A stretch of 64,000 nucleotides of DNA from assembly GCF_006345805.1 (NCBI RefSeq), contig NC_043008.1:29822001-29886000 (forward strand), given 5' to 3'. Below are positions 28,929 through 43,044 of the stretch, one piece after another. Below the pieces are notes generated by a model. That model worked only from the letters and a program-made list of their open reading frames with translations. It searched no databases and had not been told where the DNA came from. This DNA is from Octopus sinensis (Eukaryota). Each line of letters starts with the position of its first letter. Position 1 is the stretch's first letter. Position numbers and translations under genes: made by a program.

Positions 28929-30585
28929 TAGATAGATAGATAGATAGATAAATGTTTTATCAGAAATACCACATAACTCTTGCTAGTTCTTTCACCCCAC
29001 ACTCATGCTGCGGCTAGCTATTCACTTCCATGTGTGTGTGTTGTCGCCAGAACAGAAACTGAATGGGTTACCGTGCCAGGACATCAAAATTTCAGCACGA
29101 AATTAAATAAAATGACGTACTATTGCAGCATATAAACACTTTCCTATATAGACGTGTGTATACACTTATACATGTCTACCATACATCGAATTATGTGGAC
29201 AAGGCAGCTCGCAGAACATACATACACACACGCGCGCACACAGTCACATAAAACCTGGGTAGTTAAAGTTTGTCAACGTCTCCTCCGTAGTTCCTCGTCA
29301 AATATTTCCTCTCATTTAAAAGGTTTCTTATTAGAGTCTAAGGAAGCTAATCATTGCTCGCCAAGCAATAATGTGTATTTTGCAGAATTAAGACGTATCT
29401 GATCTATGTTACAAATGTAAAGATTTATTCACATTCGTTATTCTGTTGTAACATTAAAACTCCAATCGCACCATCTCGGTATATCCAGTATGTCTGCACT
29501 TGCCAGAATTCACCTGTATAAGAGATGGTTTTCTTTATTTCAAACCATATAATTACTGAAATTATTTGGGAAATTGTCAGGTTTGCTTTTGATGTAAAAG
29601 TAATCCGGTTTGTGCGGGGGATTTTACTTTTTTTCACTTTTTTGATATTTATGTTGTGCAATGTTTAAATAATCTCTCAAGAGACAGCTTCCATTTCATG
29701 TTTAAAAATACGCTTCAAAACAACTACCAGTAATACATTATATGACTTTCCTTTATTATATTTATTTTTTGCAAATTTTTAGCGGTCCATACTTCGTTAT
29801 GGAAATAGCTTTTTCTTTAGAATAATTTGGAACTAATACAATTTTGTGTTTATCCCTCTATGCTGGAATCCCATCAAATATATTAACTTGTATACCCGTG
29901 TTTTCGTTTCAGTAACTATAAATATAATACAGTTATTGATCAACTAAAGCTCCAGTGGCGTTCCTGTAGAATGCAATATTTTTAATAAAACAGAAATGTT
30001 AAACGTTGAAATGATACTAAACGTGATTTGCAGGAAAATTCTAAAATTCACGGCAAACAATTAGCAACAACAATTATTTCATTTTCTTCTCTACGTTGAG
30101 GTTAAACCAATAAAACGGGGATTAAACATGAGTTTTAAGTTGGTACTTCTGCAAGTATTTTTCTCTTCACGCTGCAGAAGCATGCTTTACAGGGACGAAA
30201 TCGTAACATACAGGATATAGTTCGGTGAATTGAATTAAAATGCCAGTTCCTTTTCAAATTCCGAAGACAGGGTGGCAATTACAATCTAGCCTTGATGTCG
30301 TTCCAAGCAGATGAGGAACAACTTTATATTAGTGAATATTTTGACTGACATTTTTCATATTTTGTTTGCTATAATTTTCCATTCACAGGTTACTAATATA
30401 TTAATTGTTCTAAATAGTAAAGGCTTATGGTAGACATATCATTACTCTGAACATTTTGCAATTTCACCAGTATTATAACGTTTAAGTTTAAGAAAGATTC
30501 AAATTAGAGAACATTAAGCCATGTTTCAAATCAAACGAAAAGCGATTTAACAGCTATCTATAAATCGATGATGAAAGATATACAG

Positions 30586-30915
30586 TGGCGGAAGCGTGGC
30601 TGTGTAGTAAGAAGCTAGCTTCCCAACCACATCGTTACGGGTTCATTCCCACGCCATGGCAACTTGGGCAAACGTATCCTACTATAGACTCGAGACGACC
30701 AGTGTTGTAAGTGGATTTGGTTGACGGAAACTGAAGTAAGCCCGTGGTATGTGTGTGTGTGTGAATGTGTGCGTGAGTGTGTGTGTGCGTGTATGTATGT
30801 GTGCGTGTGTGTGCGTGTTGGGGGTATTTGTTTGTATTGCCTTTGTGTCTGTTCCCCACGCCTGCTTGATATCCAGTCTTTGTTGACGTCCCTGCAACTT
30901 AGCAGGTCAGCAAAA
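30586..30915 (+). mobile_element. SINE family A
   Basis: gcgtggctgtgtagtaagaagc...gggttcattccc...gatttggttgacggaaactgaag. Confidence 0.85.
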
Positions 30916-31007
30916 AGTATAATATCGAGGTCTATTTCATTCTTCTGTTGTCTTGCCGTTACTATTAATATATATGTATGTATGCGTGTGTGTCTGTATG
31001 TGTGTCA

Positions 31008-31168
31008 GACACAGACGATGTGTCGTTAGCCAGCTGGAGGAGATGTCTTCCAAGGGCTATAAACAACAGAAACATCGTCCCGTATGGATCCGCCACATTT
31101 AGGTGGCAAATATACTTCACGATTCCATGCTGCTACTGCTTATTTCTCACTCAGAGATTTAATATTGC
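31008..31168 (+). mobile_element. Family H1 fragment (3' part, no HHR)
   Basis: gccagctggaggagatgtc...gtggcaaatatacttcac...gatttaatattgc matches the 7226 and 51604 copies; ends in (TA)n. Confidence 0.8.
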
Positions 31169-31199
<31 letters not shown>

Positions 31200-31285
31200 G
31201 AAACCGAAAATGAAAACGTACTGATGAAAAGCAATTGACTTACAGTAATTAATATTTATTAATTCAGTGCAAATAGACTGCATTG

Positions 31286-31407
31286 CATCTAACAGATGTT
31301 TCTGCTTACAATGTTGTATGGTATTCCTATTGATATACCAAGATATGTAAAAATCTCATCATATTTGGTGATAAACCCGCTCCCAAACAAGGAGCATCAT
31401 CAGAGGG
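31286..31407 (-). ncRNA. Candidate hammerhead motif with a long stem II insert, in a pLTR-like segment ending at (TA)n
   Basis: Minus strand: CTGATGA tgc...(about 90 nt)...gca GAAAC atct GT T aga. Confidence 0.5.
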
Positions 31408-31616
31408 AAGAATAAATAAAGAAGAGCATAGTGAAAAATAAGGTAAAAGTTAAATATGGTTGTAATCATACCATTTTGTTTGTGTGTCTCTTTGGGACGT
31501 TAAGTAAAACACTAAACCAAAATAGCAACTGGTGGATTAATCTTTCATACGGGAGGAGGATAGGATGGATAAATAATAAGAATTAAAAAAAAGTATAAGT
31601 GGGATACGCCAATATA

Positions 31617-31680
<64 letters not shown>

Positions 31681-31718
31681 TGTGAATGTATATTTGAATG
31701 TATGCGTATGCGCATGTA

Positions 31719-32500
31719 TTGGATTGAGGAATAATTTATGAGCGTTTTTTAAAATTTATTTTAAGCTAAAATGTTAAACAAATTAATCAATAATATACCC
31801 TGTGTTTTTTACGACTTCTTCAATAAGTTTTTCGATGACTCGGCGGTTAGGAATTTCTCGTTGTGACTCAAAGAATTTGTCCAACCAAGCCCTCAATTCC
31901 ATGTCATTATTGAACGATACACCGCTCGAAGCGCTCAAAAATAGTCGATAGAGATGAACGTCTGACGGCGCAAAATCTGGAGAGTATGGCGGACGAGGCT
32001 GCACCTCCCATTTGAGATCTTAAATAACAGCTATGGTCATATTGGTGTTGTGAACATTACCCATTCAGTGAAGGTGGTTCATCACAGTTGTTTTTAACAC
32101 AATCCATCTACTCCGCCAATTCTCTGGTCGTTTCTCGTGAATTTTCGTGAAGAATTTGCTTCAATCGCTCTTCACCAAACTCAGTAGGTCGACCGGTGTC
32201 TGATCCGTCTTTCAGGTCAAAATTCCCATTTTTGAAAGGCGAAAACCAAATTTGAGGCATTTCCCCTTCTCCATACACAGCACAAATCTAACGAGCAGCT
32301 TCGGAAGCCTTAACACTTCTATTAAATGGAAAAAGCAAATTGTGTCGTAAATGCTCAGTTTTGTCCACTTGACGTTTCATTTATGGAACTGAAAATACGC
32401 AAAAACAAATAAAAGTAAAAAATCAAAACACACTGTCTTGTAGAGCAACAAATTCTCATTTAAATAACATAAAACATTTTGTCAATGCGTTTTATTTAAA
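31719..32500 (-). mobile_element. Decayed mariner (DD34D-type) DNA transposon
   Basis: PPYSPDFAPSDVHLY matches the mariner HPPYSPDLAPSDYHLF motif; N-terminal HLRHNLLF.FN..VKASEAAR.IC.VYGE at about 32260-32390; tattggattgagg terminus at 31718. Confidence 0.85.
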
Positions 32501-32614
32501 ACATTCTTCCCAAATATATATAGAAGTGTATAAATATATGGTATAAATTCACTATTTCATATGTGCATATATATTTATTTATTCACCGATTGCAAAACAT
32601 ACAATTATTTATTC

Positions 32615-32840
32615 TGTTCCTTGTTCAGTCATGTGATTGCGGCCATGCTTGAGCACCACCTTTAATCGAACCAATTGATCCCAGCTTAGTACTTATTATA
32701 TCGGTACTTTAAGCTGAAACGCTAAGTTACGGGGATAAACACAGACACACAAACAAACATGTATACATACATGGACTTCTTTCAGTTTCTGTCTACTACA
32801 TCCACTTACAAGGATTTAGTCTGCCCAAATAGAAGACTTT
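32615..32840 (-). mobile_element. SINE family A relic
   Basis: cagtcatgtgattgcggccatgcttgagcacc...ctttcagtttctgtctac. Confidence 0.75.
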
Positions 32841-33197
32841 TCCAGGTTTTTATGGTGTTTACTAACTGTGTAAAACGTTCCAGCAACCGAACACAGAAAA
32901 TTATTATAAGAAGGATAAATGTGTGCATATTTGAAGTGAGAAAGTGGAGGAATATTAACACGTGTATGCAAGGTTAAGGAGAAGCTCTTGCAGGAAACAC
33001 AAATATGGAGAGAGAGAGAGATACAGACAGACAGACAGGCAGTGTGAAAGTATGTGTGTCACAGAATGAAATAGATTACAATAAAAAAGACTAAAGACAA
33101 TAAACCCTAGAGCAAAGACTGAGGGAGAGACAGAGAGAGGTGGAAGAAGATAGGTAAATTAATAGATAAATATATAGATAGACAGATAGACAGACAT

Positions 33198-33286
<89 letters not shown>

Positions 33287-33939
33287 AAGTACACAGATGG
33301 GTAAACATAGAGGAAGATAAAACGATGGAAGGAACGGTGATTGCAATTGACAATCGAAGGCTGAAATTGTGAGAGAGGAACTTGTTTTGTAATTTTTCCA
33401 CTTTAATCCTAGTAGGAACATATCACTTTTTACTCTGTTTATTCAATTTTCGTTACTTTACATCCAGGATTTGGCAGCTTTTATGAAGTCACACTTCTGG
33501 ATTCAGCAGTATTGAAAATCTGTAGGGATTTCTCATTCACAACGGCTGAATTTTTTTCGTGGTGTATGTTAATTTGTTCTGATCCATTGTTTTTGGTTTC
33601 TAGTTTTTCAGTTTGGATCAAGCAAATAATTAAAGAGAAAAATGCTTGTAGTACAAGTTTATAGAAATGTATACAAAATGCCATCAAGTATAAAAAGCTC
33701 AGATTTTGAAATAGCTTTAATTCGGAGAAAAGATATAAAGAGAAGAGTAAGGGTAAATAGAACCAGCCGAGAATGACGAGCATAAATAAGGTTTTTAAAA
33801 TGCAGTAACACAAGAGATCATGAGATTCTGAACAAATACGAGCAAAGAAGACACGAGAGACACAGCTGGATTCGAGCTACGTGGGAACATACGCAAAAGT
33901 AATTAGAGCAAGTACAAATTTTATTATCAATTTCAAATA

Positions 33940-34072
33940 GCGGCACAAGCTCAGTAAGTTCGGAGAAGGGAATGAGTTGATTACATCGACCTCAGTGCGA
34001 AACTGGTACTTGTTTTATCGACTCGGAAAGGATGAATAGCAAGGTCGATTTCAGTGGAATTTGAACTCAGAA
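33940..34072 (-). mobile_element. SINE family B fragment
   Basis: aactggtacttgttttatcgac...gaaaggatgaa...gtcga...gaatttgaactcagaa. Confidence 0.75.
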
Positions 34073-35034
34073 GTGTAGTTTTAATTATTAGAAAATAGAG
34101 AGAGAGAGAGAGAAAGGTTGATGGATAGGTTGATAGATGGATAGCTGGATAGAAGTAGCTATACACTGATATATGGAATTCTGCATCTAAATATATATAT
34201 ATATATGCATTTCGTTATGTATGTATATGTGTGTGTATACATATACAAACACATTCACACACATTTGCATGTGTATATAACTATGTATGTACGTAAATAA
34301 ATGAACGTATACTTAAATATGTGTATGTATATACATGTATATGATTGTAAATGTATATACATATAGAAGTTCATGTGTCTGCGTTTATATTTTTGAATAT
34401 GTATGAAATATTTTGAAGATACGCTTCATATACCAACTGACGGATCGTAATGGACAAATTTTAGATAGGATGTGCGAATTTTAGCATAACCTATAATCAA
34501 AATTTTACATCATGATTCCTAAATTTTAAAATTGGATTCTTAACGATACATGTGCAATTACTGTATAACACGTATCTTATGAATCCAGGCAACTTAAAAC
34601 ACATGCAATTTTCACTCATTTGTCAAAAGCAAATAATACAGTGCTCAGACGTGATTACCCTTGTAAATTTGCTTTACAAAAATGAACAAAATGAAAATCT
34701 ACGTAGTGTTACTAACATAATAATGTTCTAGATTGAATTTCAAAACTGTTCCCCAGTTATGAATACACAAATTAAAGGTTCATGTATTTTGCAGCGAAAG
34801 TGAAAGCATAGAAATTGCTACAAAATCTCAGCTCGACGTATGTCTTAGTACAACAGGCGCACATTCGTTCATGGTTTTACTGTTTTTCCTTTCACTCTCA
34901 ATTTAAATAAGTGTGAGGGAGAGTGAGTATGTAATTACTCGTGAATGCATATATATATATATATAAACATATATATCAAGAGAGACGGGAGAGAGAGAGA
35001 GATATATATATATGTATGTATATATAGATATATC

Positions 35035-35078
<44 letters not shown>

Positions 35079-35300
35079 TATATATACATATATATACATA
35101 TATATATATACATGTATATGTATATGTATTTACATATATATATATCTATATATACATAACGTATATATAGAGAAAGCATATACACATATGTATGTATATA
35201 TAAACACATATATGTATACATGCTTCTATCAGTATAGATGATTATATGTGAATATATGTGTATACACAAATATATTTATCTATACAGTTATCCTTATATG

Positions 35301-35386
<86 letters not shown>

Positions 35387-36335
35387 TATATATTATATAT
35401 ATATATGTATATATAACATTGTCATATATAGATTATTTAATTAGTAAGGAACAAGTGTTTCAAGCCATGCTACATAAATGCAGTAATAACAGTTATTTCA
35501 CGAATTATATCTTGGAAGATACTTCTAAATAGGAATTCATCGATGTATTTGTAATAATTCAATTTGACTAATGCACACTTTGATGTTGGTTTAAAGATAA
35601 AACTATTTATAATCGTACTTTGATCGATATGTCAGTTATCATTGAATTGGATTTTCATGCCGCAGAGAGAACTTCGGCGTATATTTCAAATAAAATCTAT
35701 ATGAAAACACAGTCACTTGAGCGTGTGTAAGATTTCTTGAAAATGTAAACAATTTTAAGCTTTTACTATGGATGCTCGTATAAGAGATGCTCTTAGACAA
35801 CCGAGCAATCCATATCAAACATTGTTAACAGTCTTTCTTCCGAGAAGTAGTGTCTACAATCATCATGTATGACGCAAGAGATTAAACTTCTACCAAATTC
35901 GATAGACTAGTTAAATAGTTTTGATAGAACAGTATGTTACTTTTGTAATACAAGCATATATGTGTATATGTATGAATTGTTGGATGTATACTTAGATATA
36001 TGTATGAATATACATACACACCCACACGTAGAAATTGGATTGATTGGTGAGATAGTTTCCATACAACTATACAACATTATGTTTTTTAATATATGCATGT
36101 TTGTGTTTTTGTATGTATAGGCGTATATTGGGATATAAGTGTGTGCCAAATAGTCATGAAGTGTTATGACGGTAGAATCACTAAGCAAGTTGTTTATCCC
36201 ACCGGTGTGAAGCTAGGGTAACTGGATAGCTACCAAAAGTTTTATTTCTGAATGTAGTTAAGCTAGGACCACTAACAGCATGTTCTAGTTAATCTGAAAG
36301 AACGAAATAACAATTATGTAACGAGGTACATTATT

Positions 36336-36443
36336 ACACCGACTGATGAGATGCCACTCCACTATGGAATGCAACGAAATTCATTCTATAGTTTGCCATC
36401 CGTGAGGGAGCAATTAAGGATGGGTCGAAACGATCGTTGTGAT
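36336..36443 (+). ncRNA. Candidate hammerhead motif with branched stem II
   Basis: CTGATGA gat (36343)...gtc GAAAC gatc GT T (36427); palindromic stem III acgatcgt; stem I weak. Confidence 0.45.
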
Positions 36444-36659
36444 CCATAAAGTTTCCTTTGTATTCCATTTCCTATCTCTATCGTTTCTGTTGTACTCACT
36501 GAACAGTGACAAAATCCTGATGTAAATCCAGTGACAATCGTTCGATTACCGTGGATGATGTCAGGTAGCCATAGGCAGCCAGTGTACTTAATTGGCGTTC
36601 TGCTAGGGATATACCCAATACGTAAATTTTAAATTTTATCTGATTGACTCTCCCGTCGC

Positions 36660-36932
36660 AAATGACGAGTAAGCGTTCAGTTTTTGCTGGACCACCTGCA
36701 TAAATGAATTGCTTAAGATGATCAAATGTTTGTGCTGTACATATGCTCCCTTCATTCATCAAATCGACGTTGTCTGAATAGGTGCAGCGTATGGCAGGCG
36801 TCAGATGTCGAAGGGATCGCATGAGATGAAGTGTTTTACCGAAGAACACAATGCACCACACAGTCTTGTAACTGAAACCACGATCTCGCAATCGTGAGTC
36901 TAGCACTCTAATCACTAGGCCGTGCGCCCTCA
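36660..36932 (-). mobile_element. tRNA-type SINE relic (family C-like)
   Basis: Minus-strand head gggcgcacggcctagtgattagagtgctagactcacgattgcgagatcgtggtttcag is tRNA-like. Confidence 0.65.
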
Positions 36933-37219
36933 TATATATTTTTGCCCCCACTCTCTCTAATTATTCAATGACACTTCTTCGTGCTGGGGTGAGACTAATA
37001 GTAGGCATAAAGACGGTGAAGGTGGTGGTGAAGACAGAGAAAGAGAGGGAGAGATAAAGAAAGATAAAGAGAGGGAGCGAAAGAGAGAAAAAGAGAGGGA
37101 GTGAAAGTGAGAGAAAGAAATTTAGGGAGAGCTGATGATGTTTTATTAAAAGAAGTAGTATTGATGGTGACAATGGGATTAATAATAATAATAATAACAA
37201 CAACAACAACAACAGCAAA

Positions 37220-37295
<76 letters not shown>

Positions 37296-37438
37296 TGAGG
37301 GAGATTGGGTATGTGAGAGAAAGAGGGAGATGATGTACAACTTTCCTAGATAGAAATTCCTGTGGCTAGCATGTTGAACTAACTACTAAACACTATCATT
37401 TGTGTTTTATTTTTTATTTTTATTAATTCGTGCATATA

Positions 37439-37469
<31 letters not shown>

Positions 37470-38187
37470 ACTTGTATGCATACACATACACATACAGGTA
37501 CACACAGATATATATATATATCAATATAAGGGTAGCAAAAAATTAAAGAAAAATTTTCCGCCACCAGCGGTCTAGTGAGAAAGAAAAAATAGTCACAGAC
37601 TATATAATATACATTCAACAATATTAAGGAATGGCCTATCAGGGCCATTCCTTGATATTGGTGTTTATATATAAAATATACCAAAATTGAAATACAGTTT
37701 TCCTAAGCTTAAACATATCTTATATAATAAATGTGAATATCAGTGTGTCACATTTTTTCAGCTTTATTCCAAGAGGCTGTAGCACAACATATACTACTTT
37801 TTTGGAATGATCCTCAGTCTGTGAGAAAATTAAATTATTCCGGGCCGAATCCGGACCTGCAATCCTGAAATTTCGTATTTTTGTTTTCCTTACTGCGATG
37901 GTTTTCGGCGATTTTTTTACTTGATTTTTAGCGATGAATATGATCATCATTGGGGTAAAACTCCGGAGGAAGCAATTGCAACAAATTCTCCAAAGCAAGT
38001 CAGATCTTCCCATTCGTTGTTAGTTGCTTAAAAGCTACATACTAGCTTAAAAGTTTGTGTATATATAAATATTTATGCACAAAATATATTTGTGTGTATG
38101 AATGTATGTGTATGTGTGGTTTGAGCTGGCAGAATTGTTAGCACATCGGAAAATATATTTATGTGTACACATATATATATATGTATG

Positions 38188-38221
<34 letters not shown>

Positions 38222-39610
38222 TGTATGTATGTATGTATGTATGTATGTTGGTATGTATGTTGGTATGTATGCTGGTATGTATGTATATACATCTGCATAG
38301 AAAGAAATGTCTTTCAATATGTGGTCTTTAACCACTCTGACAGGTATATTGAATAGAAGAATGAGCCGATTATATACTCAGGTAGAAGGAAGACGTATTG
38401 TATACGCATTGAAAACTTCAGAGAATCTATTCATTTGACAAAGACTGTATGATACAATGGAAATAGAATTGCACACATCTCTGCACATACAAAAACTTAA
38501 ATTATTAAGTTTTCAGGGAAAAATGTATCAATTTTTTACACGTCTCGATGCCGAACAATTATTTACATTATGAAATAAATATTGTTTATAATGTAATGAA
38601 TATTCTTTCTTTTTTTTTAGAATTTCAGCTAAATGAAATGGATCATATGATTTTGTGATAACATTCAGTCAGAGTGATATACGCTACTGTATTTGGGTCA
38701 GCATTCTAAAGACACATCACCATTTCTACATGTTTGTGGTAATTCCAATTGACTCTCGGATAACACATTTACACCAGTCAGGTGACACCCCTTAAAGTCA
38801 TGGTTTTGTTTGGATAGTCGTGGCTAGTGAGGGTTTTACGAAGTCCGTGCGTAAATCCTACCACAACCTAATTTGGTCGCATTTTACGAAAACCTGTTAA
38901 GCCAATTCTTTGGCATTTGGCAATTGGCATGCCGATGCCCACACAATACTATAGGATGTGCAAATAAGTATTTTGCTAAAAAATATAACACACTGCCCGG
39001 TGATCGTGAGTACAACACCTGACCACTGTGCCTGCAGCGATTTTCGATATAAGGCCAAAATATATTTTAATTATGAAGGTGAATTTTAATTGCGAAATAT
39101 ATGCACTTTAACACTACGCACACACACAAAACAAAAAAATGAAATACTATCATATGAGAACAAAACTTAAGAATTCGGTTGAACTCAGTTTACTGAAATA
39201 TTTCCATATTAACACGAAATCTGTGTTTCGTTAATGATTTTATGGAAGAAAACTTGCAAAAGAATATTGCAAAATTGTTACACTTCTCTTAAAGTGAAAA
39301 TTATTGACAAAGATTTTATTGATTTAAACACATTTACACGGCCAGGAGACTATTGTTGATTATATCGACTGCAGTACATTATTTGTGCATTACATTATCG
39401 ATCTCGAAAAAGGTAAAATGCGAAGTAGTCTTAGGCAGGATATACCTCGCATTTTTACGTATACATACTAGAATAGCCACGGGCCGAATTATGTCTTGCA
39501 AATTTAAAGTAGTAGGCATACTATGTGCAGAATGTGATTTTATTTGCGTATATATATTTATATGCGTGCTTGTATGCGTGCGTGTGTGTGTGTGCGCGTG
39601 TTTACATATC

Positions 39611-39998
39611 CAGGCGCAAGTGTGGCTGTGGGTAAGAAGTTTGCTTCCCAAACACATGGTCCCGGGTTCAGTCCCTCTAAGTGTCACATAGGATGTCTTC
39701 TGCTATAGGCTCGGGTCGACAAAAACCTTGTGAGTAGATTCGGTAGACGGAAACTGAAAAGCCCTTCGTATATGTATATATCTGTGTGTGTCTTAGTGTC
39801 TGTGTTTATCCCACCACCGTCGCTTGACAACCGATGCTAGTCTGTTTATTTTCCCGTAACTTAGCGGCTCGGCATAACAGGCCAATGGTTAAATACTAGG
39901 CTTACAAAGAATAAGGTCTGGGGTTTATTTCCTCGTCTAAAAATACGTTTAAGGCGGTGCTCCAACACAGACACAGCCAAATGACTGAAACAAATAAA
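39611..39998 (+). mobile_element. SINE family A
   Basis: gtggctgtgggtaagaagtttgcttcc...ccgggttcagtccc...gtagacggaaactga...aaatgactgaaacaaata. Confidence 0.88.
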
Positions 39999-40036
39999 TG
40001 AATACACACACACACCACACACACACACACACACAC

Positions 40037-40107
<71 letters not shown>

Positions 40108-40309
40108 ATATATGTATGTGTATATATATATATATATATATATCGGGAAGCTTTATGAAAATAGACAAAAGACGAAGGCAGGTGGAAAACAAACGAACAA
40201 TTGTATATATATACATATGTATATATGTATGTGTATATATATATATATTATATATATATATAATATATATATATGTATATATGTATGTGTATAATATATA
40301 TATATATAT

Positions 40310-40700
40310 ACAAATTTAAACGAATGACCACCAAAAGTGGATTCCTAATATGCTAAAGATAGACGTCAAATCGCCTCACCATGAAGAGCGTGTTCTGAAG
40401 ATAATTTCAGAAAACGCCAGAATATAAAAATTAGCAAGACAAATGAAAATATACGAAATAAAAATGATTAGCTACATACCATGGTTTCAATTGTTAATAT
40501 TCATGAATGTAAATATCTATAAACTCCACACCGTAGACTGGCGCTTACAAAACACAATTTCCAGAACTAGACACAGAACGCTCACCCGAAAAAGAGCCCT
40601 CTTAATTTGTATGTAATATAACTTTTAATCTCCGGATTTTTTAAATATGCTAAGCCACTGGTTTTAATTGATTAATGTCAATTTCCACCCTCATTATTTA
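40310..40700. mobile_element. Non-coding (TA)n-flanked element, family H2 (relative of 50962-51245)
   Basis: Both ends match the 50962-51245 element (gacgtcaaatcgc; ccactggttttaattgattaat). Confidence 0.7.
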
Positions 40701-40725
40701 ATTTATATATATAATAATATATATA

Positions 40726-40760
<35 letters not shown>

Positions 40761-40870
40761 CCCACACACACATACACACATCAGTTCCTGGAAGTTGAAT
40801 AAAAACTGAACTCTCCAGTAAAAGGTACATATAATGCGCCCTGTAATAAAATAAGAACTACTAATAGTTT

Positions 40871-41269
40871 TGTAACGAGGATCTGTTATCGATTCACTGA
40901 AAGGGTGTCGATATCCGATCTAGTCACATACAATTTTATAAGACAATACAGACGAAGTCAGGTTGTAGGTAAAAGACAGCAGTTCGTTTATTTATTGCGA
41001 TGGCGTACGTGTCTGATGGGAGAAGGACAGCCTCTGATGTACAGCTTCTTGTTAGTTTGTTGAAGTTTGTTGATGGTCGTTGGCGGCTATGTCGGTGAGG
41101 TTGTCAGAGCCTGTTGAATGTACGTCCGTTCGCTGTGGGCTGACTTGCCGGAGAGAAAGATTTGAGTTTGGCGGGCTTGAGGGAACGTTTCCCGCACATA
41201 CGCATGGGGAAGACTTCCGGTGGCCACCTGGAAGTAGTCCCATTCTGCGCATCCGCGCTGAACCCTACA
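40871..41269 (-). mobile_element. Probable solo LTR (about 400 bp)
   Basis: tgta...taca termini, GC-richer than flanks, AATAAA on the minus strand near 40990; no clear target-site duplication seen. Confidence 0.5.
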
Positions 41270-41607
41270 CAGTAGCATCACTACAGTTTCCTAGCATTAT
41301 GAAACGTGGTCAAAGCAAAATAGCATATATGTTTGCATGTAAAAGTTACGAGAGTACAGATGATATCAAAGCAATATAGACGATCAATTTGAGGATATTG
41401 TTTAGGAATTTTACTACAAGCACCTCACATACATTTTATAGAAGTGTCACCCTTTTTGATGTTCAGATATGATACTTCTCCTTTGTTATTGTATTAGTCG
41501 AACAATTTGAATAGACTACAGATATTCTCGCCACTGCATTAGATCTTTCAAGGGAAAAAACTCTTTGTGGCGTAATTGTAAGATCTTGGCAAACCCCTGA
41601 TTATACT

Positions 41608-41722
41608 CGACTTTGCCTTCGATAAATTAAGTACTAGTTACGCACTGGGGTTGATATAATCAACTTAATCCCTTTGTCTGTCCTAGTTTGTCCTCTCTAT
41701 GTTTAGCTCCTTGTGGGCATTA
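41608..41722 (+). mobile_element. SINE family B 3' fragment
   Basis: cgactttgcctt...gataaattaagtac...cactggggttgat...ttgtctgtcc...tatgtttagc. Confidence 0.75.
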
Positions 41723-42042
41723 AATAAATATATACTCTCGTTAAACTAATATATATATGCGGGTGTGCTAGCGTGCGCGTGAGTGTGTTTGTATGTAGAT
41801 ATGTATGTGTATATATAGATGTGTGTGTGTGTGTGTATATGTACATATATATATTTATATATGTATATGTGTGTGTGTGTATAAGGATGAAAAGGAACAC
41901 ACGAGTTGATAAATATGGAAAAAAAAGTAAAGATAGAAAATGCTAAAATAATTTTATAAAAATTTCAGTCATTGATACTTTTTCAACTGTAACAATTAAA
42001 TAATTAAATTTAGAAAAATTAAAAGAAAAGTTTTTATTAAGG

Positions 42043-42192
42043 AACCCACAAGGGGCTAAACATAGAGGGGACAAACAAGGACAGACAAACGGATTAAGCC
42101 GATTAGATCGACCCCAGTGCGAAAATGGTACTTTATTTATCGAACCCGAATGGATGAAAGGCAAAGTCGACCTCGGCAGAATTTGAACTCAG
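42043..42192 (-). mobile_element. SINE family B inserted in the left arm of the palindrome
   Basis: ggatgaaaggcaaagtcgacctcggcagaatttgaactcag; absent from the right arm. Confidence 0.88.
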
Positions 42193-43044
42193 AGTGTTCA
42201 AATACAAGTGGCATTTCCCTTGTTTCTTCCCGTCTGTGTCTCTCTTGTTTACTCTTGTGGGTTCGAGGTCGTTGTGAATTCTTGGTAGGGAAGAAGAAGG
42301 AGGAGGAGGAGGAAGAGTAGAAGGGCAAGAAGAAGAATAATTTGGGAGTGCCATGAAAGTAGTATTTTGAATGGTCAGTGGATGATAGCTATCGCTGCTC
42401 AATTCATGAATATATTTCTTTTGAATGTTTTGTTTATAGAATTCGCGTAGGTGTTATTCGAAAAAGCATTAGTGATAAAGTTATGTAGAAGAAGAAGAAG
42501 AAGAAGAAGAAGAAGAAGAGGGAGGAGAAGAAGAAGAAGAAGAGGAAGAAGGAGAAAAAAAAGAAGAAGAAGAAAGAGAAGGGTGAATAAGAATGAATGT
42601 AGATACTACTACCTACATTCGTTCTTATTCTCCCTTCTCTTTCTTCTTTTTCTCCCTCTTCTTCTTCTTCTTCTTCTTGTGGTTCCTAACTTTATCACTA
42701 ATGCTTTACGAATAACACCTACGCGAATTCTATAAACAAAACATTTAAAAGGAATATTTTCCTGAATTGAATAGGGACTGCTATCATCCACTGACCATTC
42801 AAAATACTACTATCATGGCACTCCCAAATTATTATTATTCTTCCTCTTCTCCTCACCTCCTCCTCCTTCTTCTTCTTCTTCTTCCTACCAAGAATTCACA
42901 ACGACCTCGAACCCACTAGAGTAAACAAGAGAAACAGAGACAGGCAGAAACAAGGAAAATGCTACTTGTATTTGAACACTATAGAAATATTCTTTTAAAA
43001 AATCTTTTCTTTAAATTTTTCTAAATTTAATTATTTAATTGTTA

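Noticed and set aside
40395-40430. CTGAAGA...AGAAAAC resembling a hammerhead core
   Set aside because: No proper stem II closure, stem III or NUH site
42451-42735. Poly-Arg / poly-Leu ORF resembling a protamine or signal peptide
   Set aside because: Translation of the mirrored (GAA)n/(TTC)n tracts at the palindrome centre
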